From a virus (taxonomy: Duplodnaviria; Heunggongvirae; Uroviricota; Caudoviricetes), in the IMG/VR virus record IMGVR_UViG_2563366825_000027, positions 1 through 15,180 of that record: a DNA stretch of 15,180 bases. The stretch is one strand, 5' to 3'. Made by a program: the position numbers and the translations under genes. The notes beneath the pieces were generated by a model. The model searched no databases, had not been told where the DNA came from, and saw only the letters and a list, made by a program, of their open reading frames with translations. Shown here one piece after another: positions 1 through 9,480 of the stretch. How positions within the stretch are numbered: position 1 is the stretch's first letter; each line of letters starts with the position of its first letter.

Positions 1-221
1 ACCCGCAAACCACACTTCCCTTTAAAACGCGTAACATACATTGCCTGCGTTTAACTTTCTTTGAACTCTTGCAGAAAAATGAGAATTCGTGAGTACGATC
101 ACTCAAAATCGCCTGGCAAAAATAAAATCACCCTATAGATGCACAAAAAACGGGCAAAACTACCTGGTTCGCAAAACTGCGTCTAAAGTTAAACCGGGAC
201 CTCGCGAGCAAGGGTGAGACG

Positions 222-399
222 ATGGCGCTTTACACAATTGGTGAAGTGGCGTTGCTTTGTGATATTAATCCTGTCACGTTACGCGCGTGACGCAACATTT
301 TTAAAAATCGACGAAGATCGTCCAGGAGCGCCGTTTTTCAAGGGTTGGATAGATGATTCGTTTACCATGTCGACGAACTTCGACGAATTTCGCCGATAA
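222..399 (+). pseudogene. Interrupted 5' fragment of a MerR-family (MlrA-like) regulator
   Basis: ATG at 222 with GGGTGAG upstream translates to MALYTIGEVALLCDINPVTLRA and then hits TGA at 288-290, where MerR/MlrA-type proteins have RAW (TGG). Weak MlrA-like similarity continues in another frame (ORF 214..399: LKIDEDRPGAPFF, KGWIDD), implying a frameshift. The N-terminal match to MlrA is from memory. Confidence 0.4.
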
Positions 400-448
400 A
401 AAGTGTCCCATACATGCCCCATTGATGCCCCATAAACAATATCAGGAA

Positions 449-499
449 TTGACACTGGTTATCCATACAGACAAAAATAACACCTGTACATAACCACAG
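449..499 (+). promoter_or_regulatory. Promoter with LexA (SOS) box upstream of the dinI-like gene
   Basis: Perfect -35 TTGACA at 449-454; an A/T-rich -10 candidate near 473-480; CTGT-N8-ACAG (CTGTACATAACCACAG) at 484-499, matching the LexA box consensus; SD AGGAGGG at 504-510 before the ATG at 515. Confidence 0.5.
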
Positions 500-514
500 T
501 TACAGGAGGGTGTT

Positions 515-763
515 ATGCGTGTTGAGATCTGTATCGCTAAAGAAAAAATCAGCAAAATGCCAAAAGGTTCTGTTTCTGCCCTGCAGCAAGAAATGCTTCG
601 ACGTGTCAGTAAACGTTATGACGATGTGGACGTGATTGTCAGAGCCGCCAACAATGACAGTCTCACCATTTTAAGAGCTGTAGATAAAGAATCCGCGCAC
701 GAATTTGTTCAGGAAACACTGCAGGAAGCCTGGGAAACCGCTGACGACTGGTTTATTCGGTAA
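515..763 (+). CDS. DinI-family protein (SOS-inducible, RecA-modulating family)
   Basis: 82 aa, the same size class as DinI; recalled DinI motifs are present (MRxE..IAK N-terminus, [19 protein letters not shown]-terminus). Good SD, and a LexA box directly upstream. Confidence 0.8.
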   Translation: MRVEICIAKEKISKMPKGSVSALQQEMLRRVSKRYDDVDVIVRAANNDSLTILRAVDKESAHEFVQETLQEAWETADDWFIR

Positions 764-774
764 ATCTTCTTTAC

Positions 775-801
775 GGGGAGTTAACTTACTCCCCATTTTT
801 T
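775..801 (+). terminator. Rho-independent terminator of the dinI-like gene
   Basis: Stem GGGGAGT (775-781), 6 nt loop, ACTCCCC (788-794), then a T-run at 796-801, 12 nt after the stop at 761-763. Confidence 0.6.
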
Positions 802-977
802 ATTGCATGATAATTGCAGCAACGGCACAGAGTGTCACCACACCACCCAGCCACACAAACAGCATGAAGCACATTGCTCCCGCTGTATAACGTTTTCTCC
901 CGTACATACGGCATTTGTCTTTATTCATCATCTGCCCCTGAATCACATGAAGACGCTGCAGGTCCGGTAACACTGAA

Positions 978-1451
978 TCACTCCGCACACGCAAGATGTT
1001 TCACGCTCACACCATACAGCCCGTTTTTCGCCATTCCCGTATACAGAAAGGTATTCACCGTCTTCGTGTGAATGCCCATTTCACTGGCAAGGCGACAGGG
1101 TCTCGACTGACGGTAGACATAACCAAACATCACCACCATCTCTGACATCGTCAGCGGACGGGCAACGCTGTTATACGTCCACACACCATTGCGTATGGCA
1201 TCACTTATCTGTTCGCCATCACGGAGTGATTCCGCACCCAGTTGCAGAAAATGTCGTCCCTGAAACATACAGCGCATCAGCCTGCCCAGTAAAACATCAC
1301 AGATTATCAGCCAGGATTCATCAAAGTCCGGGATATAACGGCGGTTCTCCGGCAGGAAAAACTCCCTCGCCAGTATCACACTGTGTTCCTTCAGCAACTG
1401 TTGCAGTCCATATTCCAGGTAGCGGTTCCTTGTGGCCAGAATTACCTTCAT
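978..1451 (-). CDS. LuxR/GerE-family HTH transcriptional regulator with response-regulator-like N-terminus
   Basis: 157 aa; the C-terminus (LTMSEMVVMFGYVYRQSRPCRLASEMGIHTKTVNTFLYTGMAKNGL) fits the LuxR-type HTH pattern; the N-terminus (MKVILATRNRYLEYGLQQLL) resembles a receiver-like fold. SD AGGAAGG lies 7 nt upstream of the ATG at 1451. Family assignment is by motif recall only. Confidence 0.55.
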   Translation of the reverse strand: MKVILATRNRYLEYGLQQLLKEHSVILAREFFLPENRRYIPDFDESWLIICDVLLGRLMRCMFQGRHFLQLGAESLRDGEQISDAIRNGVWTYNSVARPLTMSEMVVMFGYVYRQSRPCRLASEMGIHTKTVNTFLYTGMAKNGLYGVSVKHLACAE

Positions 1452-1481
1452 CGCAGCACCTTCCTGTTTTTATGCCCCATG

Positions 1482-1516
1482 AAAAAAAACGGCAGGCAAA
1501 ACTCCTGTGCCTGCCG
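1482..1516 (-). terminator. Rho-independent terminator after the Eib-like gene
   Basis: Stem CGGCAGGC (1490-1497) pairs with GCCTGCCG (1509-1516); the A8 run at 1482-1489 on the plus strand gives a U8 tail on the minus-strand RNA. It sits between the eib-like stop (1542) and the LuxR-like start (1451). Confidence 0.6.
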
Positions 1517-1541
1517 TCATGCTTCATGTCACTGTCAGCAA

Positions 1542-2816
1542 TTAAAACTCGAAGTTCACACCAACATTCCAGGAGGCATCGCCATCACTGAATGCCACGC
1601 CTGCTTTCGCTGCGGTCTGCTCGTTGAAGCGGTAACCCACACCCACCGCCAGTGCCTGCTGGTCGCTGTAACCACCAACCGCTGCCGTGGCGTTGAATTT
1701 ACCCACACTGTACGGCTGGAACAGACCAGTCAGGGCCGCAGACTGTGCTGCTGCACGCTTCATTTCCTTGTGGTTTTCATTAATCTGGCGCTGCTGGCTG
1801 TCCAGACGTGCTGAATGTTGCTGCAGCGTACGGGTATTGGCTGCAATCGCCTTGCTGTTTTTCTCAATGGATTGCGTGTTACGGGTGACACGGCCATCAA
1901 TGGCACCAACCGCAGCATCAATACGGTCAGTACGACCAGACAGGGCCACCAGACCATCGTTAACAGAAATGGTGTTCTTTGCACCTTCTGCACGGGTCAG
2001 GGTGCCGTCAGAACTCACACCAACAGTGGTGCGATCTTTGATCGATTTATCCAGATCAACGATAGCATCGCTTACACGCGCATTTTTTGGCGCTGTAACA
2101 TCATGTGTATAGCTGCCATCCTCTTCCTGATAAATGGTTGTATCTGCCTGAATGGCTGCAACTACATTTTTTACAGACTCTCGCTCCACTGAGCCTGTTT
2201 CATCAAGGGTAATGTTACCGTTAGCATCGATAGCAAAAGTTGTGTCTTTATTCAACCTATCTATATTGGTAACGATGCGGTTGTATTCCTGCAGAACACC
2301 AGGGCCATCTTTAGCTGCTGCGACAGCGGCATCTGAGCTACCGCCGGAACGGACAGCAGTAACATAGGCTGGCGCTGTGGTTGAAGTTATCTGTTTCGAG
2401 ATTTCTTCTTTTTTCTTAACTATTTCATCAATCTGATTTGCTGATAGATTTTTAATATTCTCAGCTGTCAATCTATTATCATCTACAGGATAAGATATAG
2501 AATTTAAATATATATTTTTTAATTCTTTCTCCATCTGTTTATATTTTGGCTGTTTTTTTATTTGTTCATCAATTAATTTAATCCCAGCATTAAACTCATC
2601 AATGTTGAAGGTCATAAAAGAGCCAATTTCAGTATTAATTGCAGGTATCACGGTCTCATTATTTTTATTAACAACAGATGCAATAATACCATTAACAACA
2701 ACTTTATATTGTCCATTATTAATAGTATAGGTCTCAGCAGCCATAGCTCCCGAACTCACCAGCAACAGTCCGGCAACAGCAGAAGAAAGAATAGTCTTAG
2801 AGAATTTTTTGTTCAT
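1542..2816 (-). CDS. Eib-like trimeric autotransporter adhesin (YadA-type C-terminal anchor)
   Basis: 424 aa; signal peptide [29 protein letters not shown]-terminus [40 protein letters not shown]...WNVGVNFEF matches the YadA/Eib membrane-anchor pattern; coiled-coil-like stalk before it. The 5' passenger part (about 2400-2816) is visibly AT-rich compared with the 3' part. Confidence 0.75.
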   Translation of the reverse strand: MNKKFSKTILSSAVAGLLLVSSGAMAAETYTINNGQYKVVVNGIIASVVNKNNETVIPAINTEIGSFMTFNIDEFNAGIKLIDEQIKKQPKYKQMEKELKNIYLNSISYPVDDNRLTAENIKNLSANQIDEIVKKKEEISKQITSTTAPAYVTAVRSGGSSDAAVAAAKDGPGVLQEYNRIVTNIDRLNKDTTFAIDANGNITLDETGSVERESVKNVVAAIQADTTIYQEEDGSYTHDVTAPKNARVSDAIVDLDKSIKDRTTVGVSSDGTLTRAEGAKNTISVNDGLVALSGRTDRIDAAVGAIDGRVTRNTQSIEKNSKAIAANTRTLQQHSARLDSQQRQINENHKEMKRAAAQSAALTGLFQPYSVGKFNATAAVGGYSDQQALAVGVGYRFNEQTAAKAGVAFSDGDASWNVGVNFEF

Positions 2817-3266
2817 CTGATATATCCTGTAATTTCTTTGTATACAAAAAAAGCAACCCTCTCAGACGCACTTCAGATACACTAAAGAAAATCTGATGAC
2901 TGGCCGCTTCCTGTCAGCTTATTCCAGGATTATTCGCAAAAATGAATATAAACTTTTTAGGAATTATCGTACTGTACAGTCGGTGATATCCGTCACCCCC
3001 GCCATTATTCACGCTCCACACCGCATGCTGTCGTTTCGCTTATTTCCCTCGCGCACTTATGACACAGTTCCTTACGCTTAATAATGTGATAAGCACCACA
3101 TTCTGATTTTTTTTCGATGCATTAATAATATTAATCGTTTTCTGACATGCCGCTGCCATCCGCGTTCCGGAGCGTGTGACAGGCATCACTGAATATGCCT
3201 GGCGGTTATTGCAGAATCTGTTTCACAATAAAAAAACGATTGCTGTAATCCTCTATTGACGAAAGA

Positions 3267-3293
3267 GGGGGTGAGGTATCACCCCCGTTTTTT
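3267..3293. terminator. Hairpin terminator between the fiber assembly gene and the eib-like upstream region (probably bidirectional)
   Basis: GGGGGTGA (3267-3274), loop GGTA, TCACCCCC (3279-3286), then T6 at 3288-3293 on the plus strand; an A-run flanks the other side. It lies immediately downstream (minus sense) of the stop at 3296-3298. Confidence 0.5.
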
Positions 3294-3295
3294 AT

Positions 3296-3871
3296 TTACG
3301 ACTCCTGACCCACCTTATACGCCAGAATCTCATCCACACTGTTCAGCGCTTCCAGTGCCTTCTTCATGTTCCGCTGCCGTACGTGAATTTCCATCCCTTT
3401 GGTGAACATCGCCTTCTCCGCCGCCTCACTGAGTGCCATCAGCGCCTCTGCCGTCATCGGGACGTCGTTATTCTCCGCATCCGTCCAGAAAAAGCCCTCC
3501 GGCAGTATTCCCGCTTTCGCGGCAGCCACTGACGGCTCAAGACGCGCCTGTGTCTGTTTGCCGTAGTCCCATTTACGCCCATTGTGCTCAAACGTGTAGT
3601 TCGCCGCTTCCATCGCATTACGCCAGGCGTTGATCCCGGCGGTTTTGAGTTCTCTGGCTTTTTCCGGGCTGATGGATGGCTGTACATATTCTGCAATTTC
3701 ACCGGCCTCTCCTCTCAGACAAGCGGCATAAATATCCCGCCCGTATGCTTCGGTATCGCTGGCTGTTGCAGTGAAAGGAACCGCCTGCTCAATGTGCTCA
3801 AACTTCACCATGCAATTAACAGCAGTGTGATCTTTATCTGCCCATTGCGGATTGCTTATTTTTTTCCACAT
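3296..3871 (-). CDS. Putative tail fiber assembly/chaperone protein
   Basis: 191 aa ORF directly downstream of the tail fiber gene (20 nt gap), with SD AGGAGA 9 nt upstream of the ATG. The call is mainly positional, by analogy to lambda stf-tfa; I could not confirm family motifs. Confidence 0.5.
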   Translation of the reverse strand: MWKKISNPQWADKDHTAVNCMVKFEHIEQAVPFTATASDTEAYGRDIYAACLRGEAGEIAEYVQPSISPEKARELKTAGINAWRNAMEAANYTFEHNGRKWDYGKQTQARLEPSVAAAKAGILPEGFFWTDAENNDVPMTAEALMALSEAAEKAMFTKGMEIHVRQRNMKKALEALNSVDEILAYKVGQES

Positions 3872-3890
3872 TCATGTCATCTCCTGTCTG

Positions 3891-5393
3891 TCAGTATGCG
3901 CGCTGGAACAGCCCGATGCCTTCATTGTCATTTGTCGACGTAATTTCATTACACACCATCCATGACCCCGGAACTGAGGATAGTCTGCCGTCAATGCCAT
4001 CGGTGTTAGCTTTCATATAGTTTCCGTTTTCGTCTTTGATTAGGGCGCATCGCTTAAGGCGTGAACCCGATACAGTTTCTCCTGGCTGATAGGTTCTGCC
4101 GATGTCGGTTATATACGGGCCTAGTGCGGCAATAATGTATGTTCCGATGCTGTAAATTTCCCCGGGTACCAGCCTTCCGGTTGGCCCTTGTGGTCCCTGT
4201 GGTCCCTGTGGTCCGGTTTTACCATCCAACCCGGGCGGTCCCATCGGCCCTCGCCCTCCGGCAGGGCCCTGTGGCCCCGGAACACCCTGCGCCCCCGCTG
4301 GTCCCCTTTCACCTCGTGGCCCTGCCGGACCTGCCTTACCTTCCGCTCCGGCGGCACCATCCTTTCCTGCGGGGCCTGTTGCTCCCGGTTCACCTTTTTC
4401 ACCTTTCGGCCCCGGTGGCCCCTGATCGCCTTTGGGTCCCGGCATACTGCTGCCTGATGCCCCAGCCTTCGCCACCTCTTCTGCACGCTGTTTCGCTGCA
4501 TTTGCCGCATCCATTGCTGCCTTCACCGCTTTCGGCGTGGCGGCCTTGTTTTCCTCAGCGCTGTCTGTGGCACTGCTCAACAGCACCACACCCTTCTGCG
4601 ATGTGCTGGCATCCGGAACACTGGCGACACTGCCTGCGGGACCCGCAGGACCTGCGGGGCCGGTTTCTCCCCGAGGGCCTGCGGGACCTGCCGGACCTGT
4701 TGCGCCGGGTTCACCTTTATCCCCTTTCGGGCCGGTTTGCCCTGCCGGACCCTGTGGTCCGGGTGGTCCGGGTGGTCCGGCCTCTCCACGTGGGCCGGTG
4801 TCACCTTTCGGCCCCGGCGGTCCGCCCGGGTCACCTTTATCGCCCTTCGGTCCCTGTGGACCTGTTTCTCCCCGTTCTCCCTTTGGCCCCGGCTCACCTT
4901 TTGGTCCGACCGCCCCCGTTGCCCCGGCTGGTCCCTGTGCCCCTGTGGCACCCTGTGGACCTGTGTCCCCCTTCTCGCCCGCCGGTCCCCGGGCATTCTC
5001 TGCCCGTTTCTTCGCTTCCTCTGCACTCGCCGCCGACGCTTCAGCACGCTTCAGGATTTCCGCTGCCACCGCTTCCAGCTCTGCAAGCGCTTTCGGGTAA
5101 TACTGCGCCTCATCCTGTTCCATCAGAAATTTATTCAGCGTTCCCGGCTCAGAATCCGCCTTCACCAGAATGTCACCCACATACGACGGGGCGTACCCTT
5201 CCGTGTTCAGCGTCACCCGGTACCACCCCGGCTCCACATCAAAACTGTAACTGCCGGTTTCCCCCGGCTGCCCCTGCGCCACCGTGGTGACTATCACTGT
5301 CTCCGTTGTGCGGCGCGCCTTCAGCTCTATCGTGCATCCCGGTACCGGCTTCCCGGCACCGTCCTTCAGCACCCCCGATATTCTGACTGTCAT
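3891..5393 (-). CDS. Side tail fiber protein with collagen-like Gly-X-Y repeats
   Basis: 500 aa; two long runs of G-X-Y triplets ([16 protein letters not shown]..., [19 protein letters not shown]...) separated by an Ala/Lys-rich spacer; globular N- and C-terminal regions; lies between J and the assembly gene. SD GGGGGA upstream of the ATG at 5393. Confidence 0.8.
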   Translation of the reverse strand: MTVRISGVLKDGAGKPVPGCTIELKARRTTETVIVTTVAQGQPGETGSYSFDVEPGWYRVTLNTEGYAPSYVGDILVKADSEPGTLNKFLMEQDEAQYYPKALAELEAVAAEILKRAEASAASAEEAKKRAENARGPAGEKGDTGPQGATGAQGPAGATGAVGPKGEPGPKGERGETGPQGPKGDKGDPGGPPGPKGDTGPRGEAGPPGPPGPQGPAGQTGPKGDKGEPGATGPAGPAGPRGETGPAGPAGPAGSVASVPDASTSQKGVVLLSSATDSAEENKAATPKAVKAAMDAANAAKQRAEEVAKAGASGSSMPGPKGDQGPPGPKGEKGEPGATGPAGKDGAAGAEGKAGPAGPRGERGPAGAQGVPGPQGPAGGRGPMGPPGLDGKTGPQGPQGPQGPTGRLVPGEIYSIGTYIIAALGPYITDIGRTYQPGETVSGSRLKRCALIKDENGNYMKANTDGIDGRLSSVPGSWMVCNEITSTNDNEGIGLFQRAY

Positions 5394-5404
5394 GGATTTC
5401 CCCC

Positions 5405-5441
5405 ATAAAAAAACCGCAGTACCGGTTTCCCGGCCTGCGGT
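5405..5441 (-). terminator. Rho-independent terminator downstream of the hok-like locus, just upstream of the tail fiber start
   Basis: ACCGCAG (5413-5419) pairs with CTGCGGT (5435-5441); the A7 run at 5407-5413 gives U7 on the minus-strand RNA directly after the hairpin. Confidence 0.55.
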
Positions 5442-5535
5442 AAAATTTGTGGTTTGTTGATGTTAAAAAGGTGCCATCCGGCTGACCACCTTCAGCAACC
5501 GGTCGGCGGGGGATATTCTCCCCCGCCACGGTTTC

Positions 5536-5676
5536 TTACTGCTTACACTGTAAGAACGCCGCAATCTCCGCGCCCGCTATCCGGAACCGGAACTCGCACA
5601 GTGAACTGTGGGTGATCCAGATAATGAGCACTACCGTGATACAAATCACGGTGGTTTTTAACGGTTTTTGCGACAT
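5536..5676 (-). CDS. hok: Hok/Gef-family type I toxin (small membrane peptide)
   Basis: Hand translation of the minus strand gives a 46 aa peptide, MSQKPLKTTVICITVVLIIWITHSSLCEFRFRIAGAEIAAFLQCKQ. It has one TM helix and the Hok signatures VICIT, LCE-x-R-x-R, G-x-E-[IV]-A-A-F. SD AAGGAG is 8 nt upstream of the ATG at 5676. It is below the size cutoff of the supplied ORF track. Confidence 0.65.
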   Translation of the reverse strand: MSQKPLKTTVICITVVLIIWITHSSLCEFRFRIAGAEIAAFLQCKQ

Positions 5677-5752
5677 AACGCTTGCTCCTTTTACGGAGAG
5701 GCGCTAACCTTCCACTTGCGAAGAGAAGAAAGGCAGGCCTCGGGTTAAACAT
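5543..5752 (-). CDS. mok-like overlapping reading frame (modulator of killing analogue)
   Basis: 69-codon ORF in a different frame that starts 76 nt upstream of the hok-like ATG and ends 7 nt before its stop, the same overlap geometry as mok/hok in plasmid R1 hok-sok. No recognisable protein motifs. Confidence 0.35.
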   Translation of the reverse strand: MFNPRPAFLLFASGRLAPLRKRSKRYVAKTVKNHRDLYHGSAHYLDHPQFTVRVPVPDSGRGDCGVLTV

Positions 5753-5873
5753 GAATGTTTGTCCGGGGCCTTCGTCTTTCCGGCCTTCAGGTGTTCCCTC
5801 CGGCCATCAGCCAAAGGCACCCGCGCATAATGTACGGTTTTTGTCTCCTTCCGGCAATCCCGGGGCGCGATGT

Positions 5874-8800
5874 TCAGCGGATACTGATCCCCGCGCTGTT
5901 TTTCTTCACCACTATCGCCTGAAGGTTACTGATACGTGAACTGCCAAAACTCCCGTTCTGACGCCGTGAACTTACGGTAAAACTCAGGGTGATATGACCA
6001 TGACCGGCTGGCATATCGATGATCCTGCTGAAAATTCCCGGCTCTGTCACTGACCTGCCGGAATAAATCCGGCGTCCGTTCTGATCAACATGCAGGAAGC
6101 ACTCTGTCCAGATGTCATTACTGGTGCGGGATTCCTGTTTTGACCCGACATAGATTATCGGCGGGATTATAATCTGCCGGTCAAAGCTGTGATCGTCATA
6201 CACCGTCAGCGTTCGTGTACCGTTCGCAAGGTAACTACCATCCACCGGAAAAGCCACCCCTGCACATTTCACAAGATCACCAATAATGTTCTCCGCTTTC
6301 AGCGTGCCATTTATCGTACAGTTCTCCGCTATCACGACATTATTGAGCGTGCCCGAGTTCGCACTGATATGTCCGCTGATATCAGCATTACGGGCCGTCA
6401 GCCTGCCGTCCGGCGTCAGGGAGAACGTCGGGGGATTGCCGGACGACGTGATGCTCACCGCAAACAGTCGCTTCAGGAACACGTCGTTCATGAACAGCTG
6501 ATTCCCCTGCGCCACAAACAGTGGCGTGGTGTTGCCGTTCTCCGGATTTATCATCGCGATACGGTCAGCCTGCAGCAGAATATTGCTCAGTGGCTGGCCA
6601 TCTGCATCCTCAATCCCCGCACCAATACCGGCAACATACGGAATGCCGTCTTTCGTTTTCTGCACCTTCAGCATGTACAGCGCAGCCAGGTCGTTATTCG
6701 TGTCTGTCTGCACCCGCTGTATCTGCTGTATGGTGGCGCTCTGGTCTTCCAGGGTTTTACTGACCGTCTGCGTGATTTCATTGCGGGTTTCTGTGATGGT
6801 GGTCTGCATTTCCGCCATCTCGTCCTTCAGCTGACTGTTGTCAATCTCTGCCCACAGCGCCTCTGCCAGATGCGTTTTTCCTATCTTTTCCCGGAAAAGT
6901 TCCAGATAGCCCGCAGCATCATTGCTCGCCCGTCCACTGGCTTCCACAAAAGCAGATTTACCCACCAGGTTGACGCTGCGCACATAAAACCAGAAATCCT
7001 TTCCGGGCTTAATGTGCGGGCCGGAGACACTCCACTGACTGCCGGTCCCCAGATAACGGACAGAGGTTTCCACCTGTGCGGCGTCTGCAATTTTTGCCTC
7101 CGAAAACCAGAACTCAAACTGCACCGTCGGGTCATACACCGCAAGACGCGGTACCGCCGTTATCTGAAAATACCCCGGCGTCAGTTCAACACCGGCAGGC
7201 GCTGCCGGTGCGTTAATCCGGAACGTGGTGGTGGCGGGTTCGCCCTGCTGGCCATAGCTGTTAATCGCCCTGACCGTCAGGGTGTATTCCCCGGGAGGCA
7301 GGCCACTGAAACGGTGCTCCGTATCGGCAGTGATGGCGGTGGTCAGCAGGCGGCTGTTCTCACCGCTTCCACTGGTCAGGCGCAGACTGAAGCGCACGCC
7401 CTTCACCACCCTCGGCGTGTCCCATTTCGCCAGCGCCAGATACTGGCCGTCAGCTGCGCTCACCTCCACCGTCAGGTGCTGCACTGCCGGTGGGATAACG
7501 CTGTTCAGGGTGCCTGACTGCGGCTCAAAGCGGGCCCCGTTATCCACAATGGCTTCTTTTTCCGGTACGTGCTGCACTGCCGTGATGGCAAAGGTGCCGT
7601 CCGTGTTTTCCCGGATGGAGACACAGCGGAACAGGCGACGGCGCAGTGACGGCAGGGAGAGTCCCCACACCCCGTATGTCTCCACACCATCAGGCAGGGT
7701 ACTGACCTGTATCCGGTCCGGCGCGGGGTGTGCGGTGATGTCCACACTCACCGGCTTACCGCTGCCGTTAATCAGGTTCACCGTCGATGTACCTGTCCCC
7801 GGAAGTGTCACTTCACGGTCCAGCGTCAGGGTGCGGGTGGCAGCATCAATGGACAGGACACGTCCGCCGGTCAGGGTTCCGGCATAGTCGTTATCACAGA
7901 TTTCAATGATGTCACCGGGTGTGTGCCGCAGCCCCTGAGACCCGAGTGTGAAATCCACCGTCTGCGTTTCCAGCAGTTCGGTCTTTATCACCCACAGTCC
8001 GGCACGGTGGGCCTGACCGCGGCTGGTACAGCCGAACGCGTCCATCTTCAGCAGGTTGCGTCCGTAGCGCAGTATGGCTTCCGGGTCTTCCACCAGTTCC
8101 GTGGAGGTCTGCCAGCCGTTCTGCGGGTCGGTGTAATTCACCTCCACCGCCGTGTGCCGGTCCTTCAGGGCACTGAAGCTGTAGCGGAACCCCACGCCGT
8201 TATCATCCACCACCACATCGCTGTTGGTGTACGGCCACACCACATCCGACGGACGGTCCTGAACGAACGTCAGCGTCTGGCCGTTCCATACCGGCATACA
8301 GCGCATCGCCGAGCAGAAATCACTGAGAACGTCCCACGCCTTACGCTGTTGTGCCAGGTACGCATTAAAGGTCATCCGCGGCTCTGTGCCCCCGAAACCA
8401 TCCGGGACCGTCTGGTCGCAGTACTGCCCGATGGCATACAGCGCCCACTTGTCCACATCCGCCGCCCCCAGACGTTTTCCCATCCCGTAGCGCGGGTGAG
8501 TCAGCATGTCCCACAGACACCAGGCCGGGTTGTTGCTGTATGCCGGTTTCAGACTGCCGTCCCAGATACCACTGTACGTGCGTTTTACCGGGTCATAGTT
8601 TGACGGCACCTGGATGATGCGACCGCGGATATGGTAGTTCACCGTCATCTGCTGGCCGCCGAACTGCTCCGCATCCACCTGCAGCCCCACAATGGCCGTG
8701 TTCGGGTAGCACTGTTTCACATCGATGATTTCGGTGTATGACGACCACAGCGTCTTATTCTGCAGCTGGTCCGTGGTGCTGTCCGCCGTCTCCCTGACCA

Positions 8801-9341
8801 TCCGGATGTTAAAGGGCCGGGGCGGCAGATTATCCAGAATCACCGACGCCAGGAACTGCGAGGTGGTCTTGCCGTTAATGGTGACATCCTTTTCCGTCAT
8901 CCATTTACCACCACGCTCAAGCTGAATCAGCAGGCGGACAGAAGAGGGATTACGGTCACCCTTTGACGTGGTCTCCACCAGTGACTGCACCCCGAAGGTC
9001 ACCCGCAGGCGGTCAATGTTCGCTGACGTAATGGTGCGTGTCACCGGTTTTGCCTTCGTCACTTCCACACCCAGTACAGTTTCAGCTCCGGAGGACTCAA
9101 AGCCTTCCGGTGGTGTCTGCTCCTGCTCCCCGGCGCGCCAGACCGCGGTCACACCGTGTATCACGGGATTACCGTCCGTGTCCGTCAGCGGGGTTTTGTT
9201 CACCAGAATACTCTGCAGGCCTTTCACCGGACCTTCAATGGGTCCCTCACCAATCGCATCAATCACGCTCATCATCTGCGTGGATTTGAGATTATCCTTC
9301 GCCTCACGAGGCGTGTGTGCCTTACCGCCACCTTTTCCCAT
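5874..9341 (-). CDS. J: Tail tip / host specificity protein J (central tail fiber)
   Basis: 1155 aa; the N-terminus [39 protein letters not shown] closely matches the recalled lambda gpJ N-terminus; right size and position after I; SD GAAGG upstream. Confidence 0.9.
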   Translation of the reverse strand: MGKGGGKAHTPREAKDNLKSTQMMSVIDAIGEGPIEGPVKGLQSILVNKTPLTDTDGNPVIHGVTAVWRAGEQEQTPPEGFESSGAETVLGVEVTKAKPVTRTITSANIDRLRVTFGVQSLVETTSKGDRNPSSVRLLIQLERGGKWMTEKDVTINGKTTSQFLASVILDNLPPRPFNIRMVRETADSTTDQLQNKTLWSSYTEIIDVKQCYPNTAIVGLQVDAEQFGGQQMTVNYHIRGRIIQVPSNYDPVKRTYSGIWDGSLKPAYSNNPAWCLWDMLTHPRYGMGKRLGAADVDKWALYAIGQYCDQTVPDGFGGTEPRMTFNAYLAQQRKAWDVLSDFCSAMRCMPVWNGQTLTFVQDRPSDVVWPYTNSDVVVDDNGVGFRYSFSALKDRHTAVEVNYTDPQNGWQTSTELVEDPEAILRYGRNLLKMDAFGCTSRGQAHRAGLWVIKTELLETQTVDFTLGSQGLRHTPGDIIEICDNDYAGTLTGGRVLSIDAATRTLTLDREVTLPGTGTSTVNLINGSGKPVSVDITAHPAPDRIQVSTLPDGVETYGVWGLSLPSLRRRLFRCVSIRENTDGTFAITAVQHVPEKEAIVDNGARFEPQSGTLNSVIPPAVQHLTVEVSAADGQYLALAKWDTPRVVKGVRFSLRLTSGSGENSRLLTTAITADTEHRFSGLPPGEYTLTVRAINSYGQQGEPATTTFRINAPAAPAGVELTPGYFQITAVPRLAVYDPTVQFEFWFSEAKIADAAQVETSVRYLGTGSQWSVSGPHIKPGKDFWFYVRSVNLVGKSAFVEASGRASNDAAGYLELFREKIGKTHLAEALWAEIDNSQLKDEMAEMQTTITETRNEITQTVSKTLEDQSATIQQIQRVQTDTNNDLAALYMLKVQKTKDGIPYVAGIGAGIEDADGQPLSNILLQADRIAMINPENGNTTPLFVAQGNQLFMNDVFLKRLFAVSITSSGNPPTFSLTPDGRLTARNADISGHISANSGTLNNVVIAENCTINGTLKAENIIGDLVKCAGVAFPVDGSYLANGTRTLTVYDDHSFDRQIIIPPIIYVGSKQESRTSNDIWTECFLHVDQNGRRIYSGRSVTEPGIFSRIIDMPAGHGHITLSFTVSSRRQNGSFGSSRISNLQAIVVKKNSAGISIR

Positions 9342-9444
9342 ACAGCCTTCCCCTGAATAAATTAACCGCCACTTGCCATTCCGTACAGAAGTCGGATATC
9401 CTTCGCCCGAAAAGCATGAAACACATTTCTGCCATGCTAAACAG

Positions 9445-9480
9445 AAACCCCGGTATCAGCAGATACCGGGGTTTTCTTTC
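9445..9480. terminator. Strong hairpin in the I-J gap (bidirectional terminator-like)
   Basis: Perfect 13 bp stem (AAACCCCGGTATC at 9445-9457 pairs with GATACCGGGGTTT at 9462-9474), 4 nt loop, then TCTTTC on the plus strand and a U-rich tract on the minus strand. Confidence 0.45.

Noticed and set aside
1226..2367. ORFs 1226..1591, 1383..1814, 1687..2112, 1815..2192, 2152..2367 (plus) and 1321..1527, 1760..1993 (minus)
   Set aside because: They overlap the LuxR-like and Eib-like genes in other frames or antisense, and cross the intergenic terminator hairpin; no motifs or start signals.
2896..3081. 61 aa plus-strand ORF in the eib-like upstream region
   Set aside because: No SD, unusual composition and no recognisable motif; more likely noncoding leader.
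3433..3943. ORFs 3433..3633, 3454..3702, 3584..3943 overlapping the fiber assembly gene
   Set aside because: Alternate-frame or antisense overlaps of a positionally supported ORF, with Arg/Pro-rich products.
4121..5408. Overlapping ORFs on both strands within the collagen-like tail fiber gene (4139..5290, 4432..5100, 4737..5408, 4121..4510, 4577..5047)
   Set aside because: The Gly-X-Y codon periodicity keeps other frames open by chance; the products are Pro/Arg-rich and none has a start context.
5239..5529. 96 aa minus-strand ORF spanning the tail fiber start and the upstream terminator
   Set aside because: It crosses a rho-independent terminator and overlaps the tail fiber N-terminus in another frame.
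5700..5850. A specific Sok-like antisense promoter and terminator for the hok locus
   Set aside because: I looked for -35/-10 pairs and a hairpin plus U-run on the plus strand, but found only weak candidates, so no feature is called; the antisense RNA is expected on biological grounds only.
5682..5939. 85 aa plus-strand ORF across the hok leader and J stop
   Set aside because: Overlaps the J 3' end and the hok/mok leader antisense; this region is better explained as regulatory RNA sequence.
6189..8603. Long plus-strand ORFs inside J (6189..7517, 7282..7887, 7728..8603 and shorter ones)
   Set aside because: They are antisense to a well-supported 1155 aa J gene, lack ribosome binding sites, and have low-complexity Arg/Pro/His-rich translations typical of reverse frames in GC-rich coding DNA.
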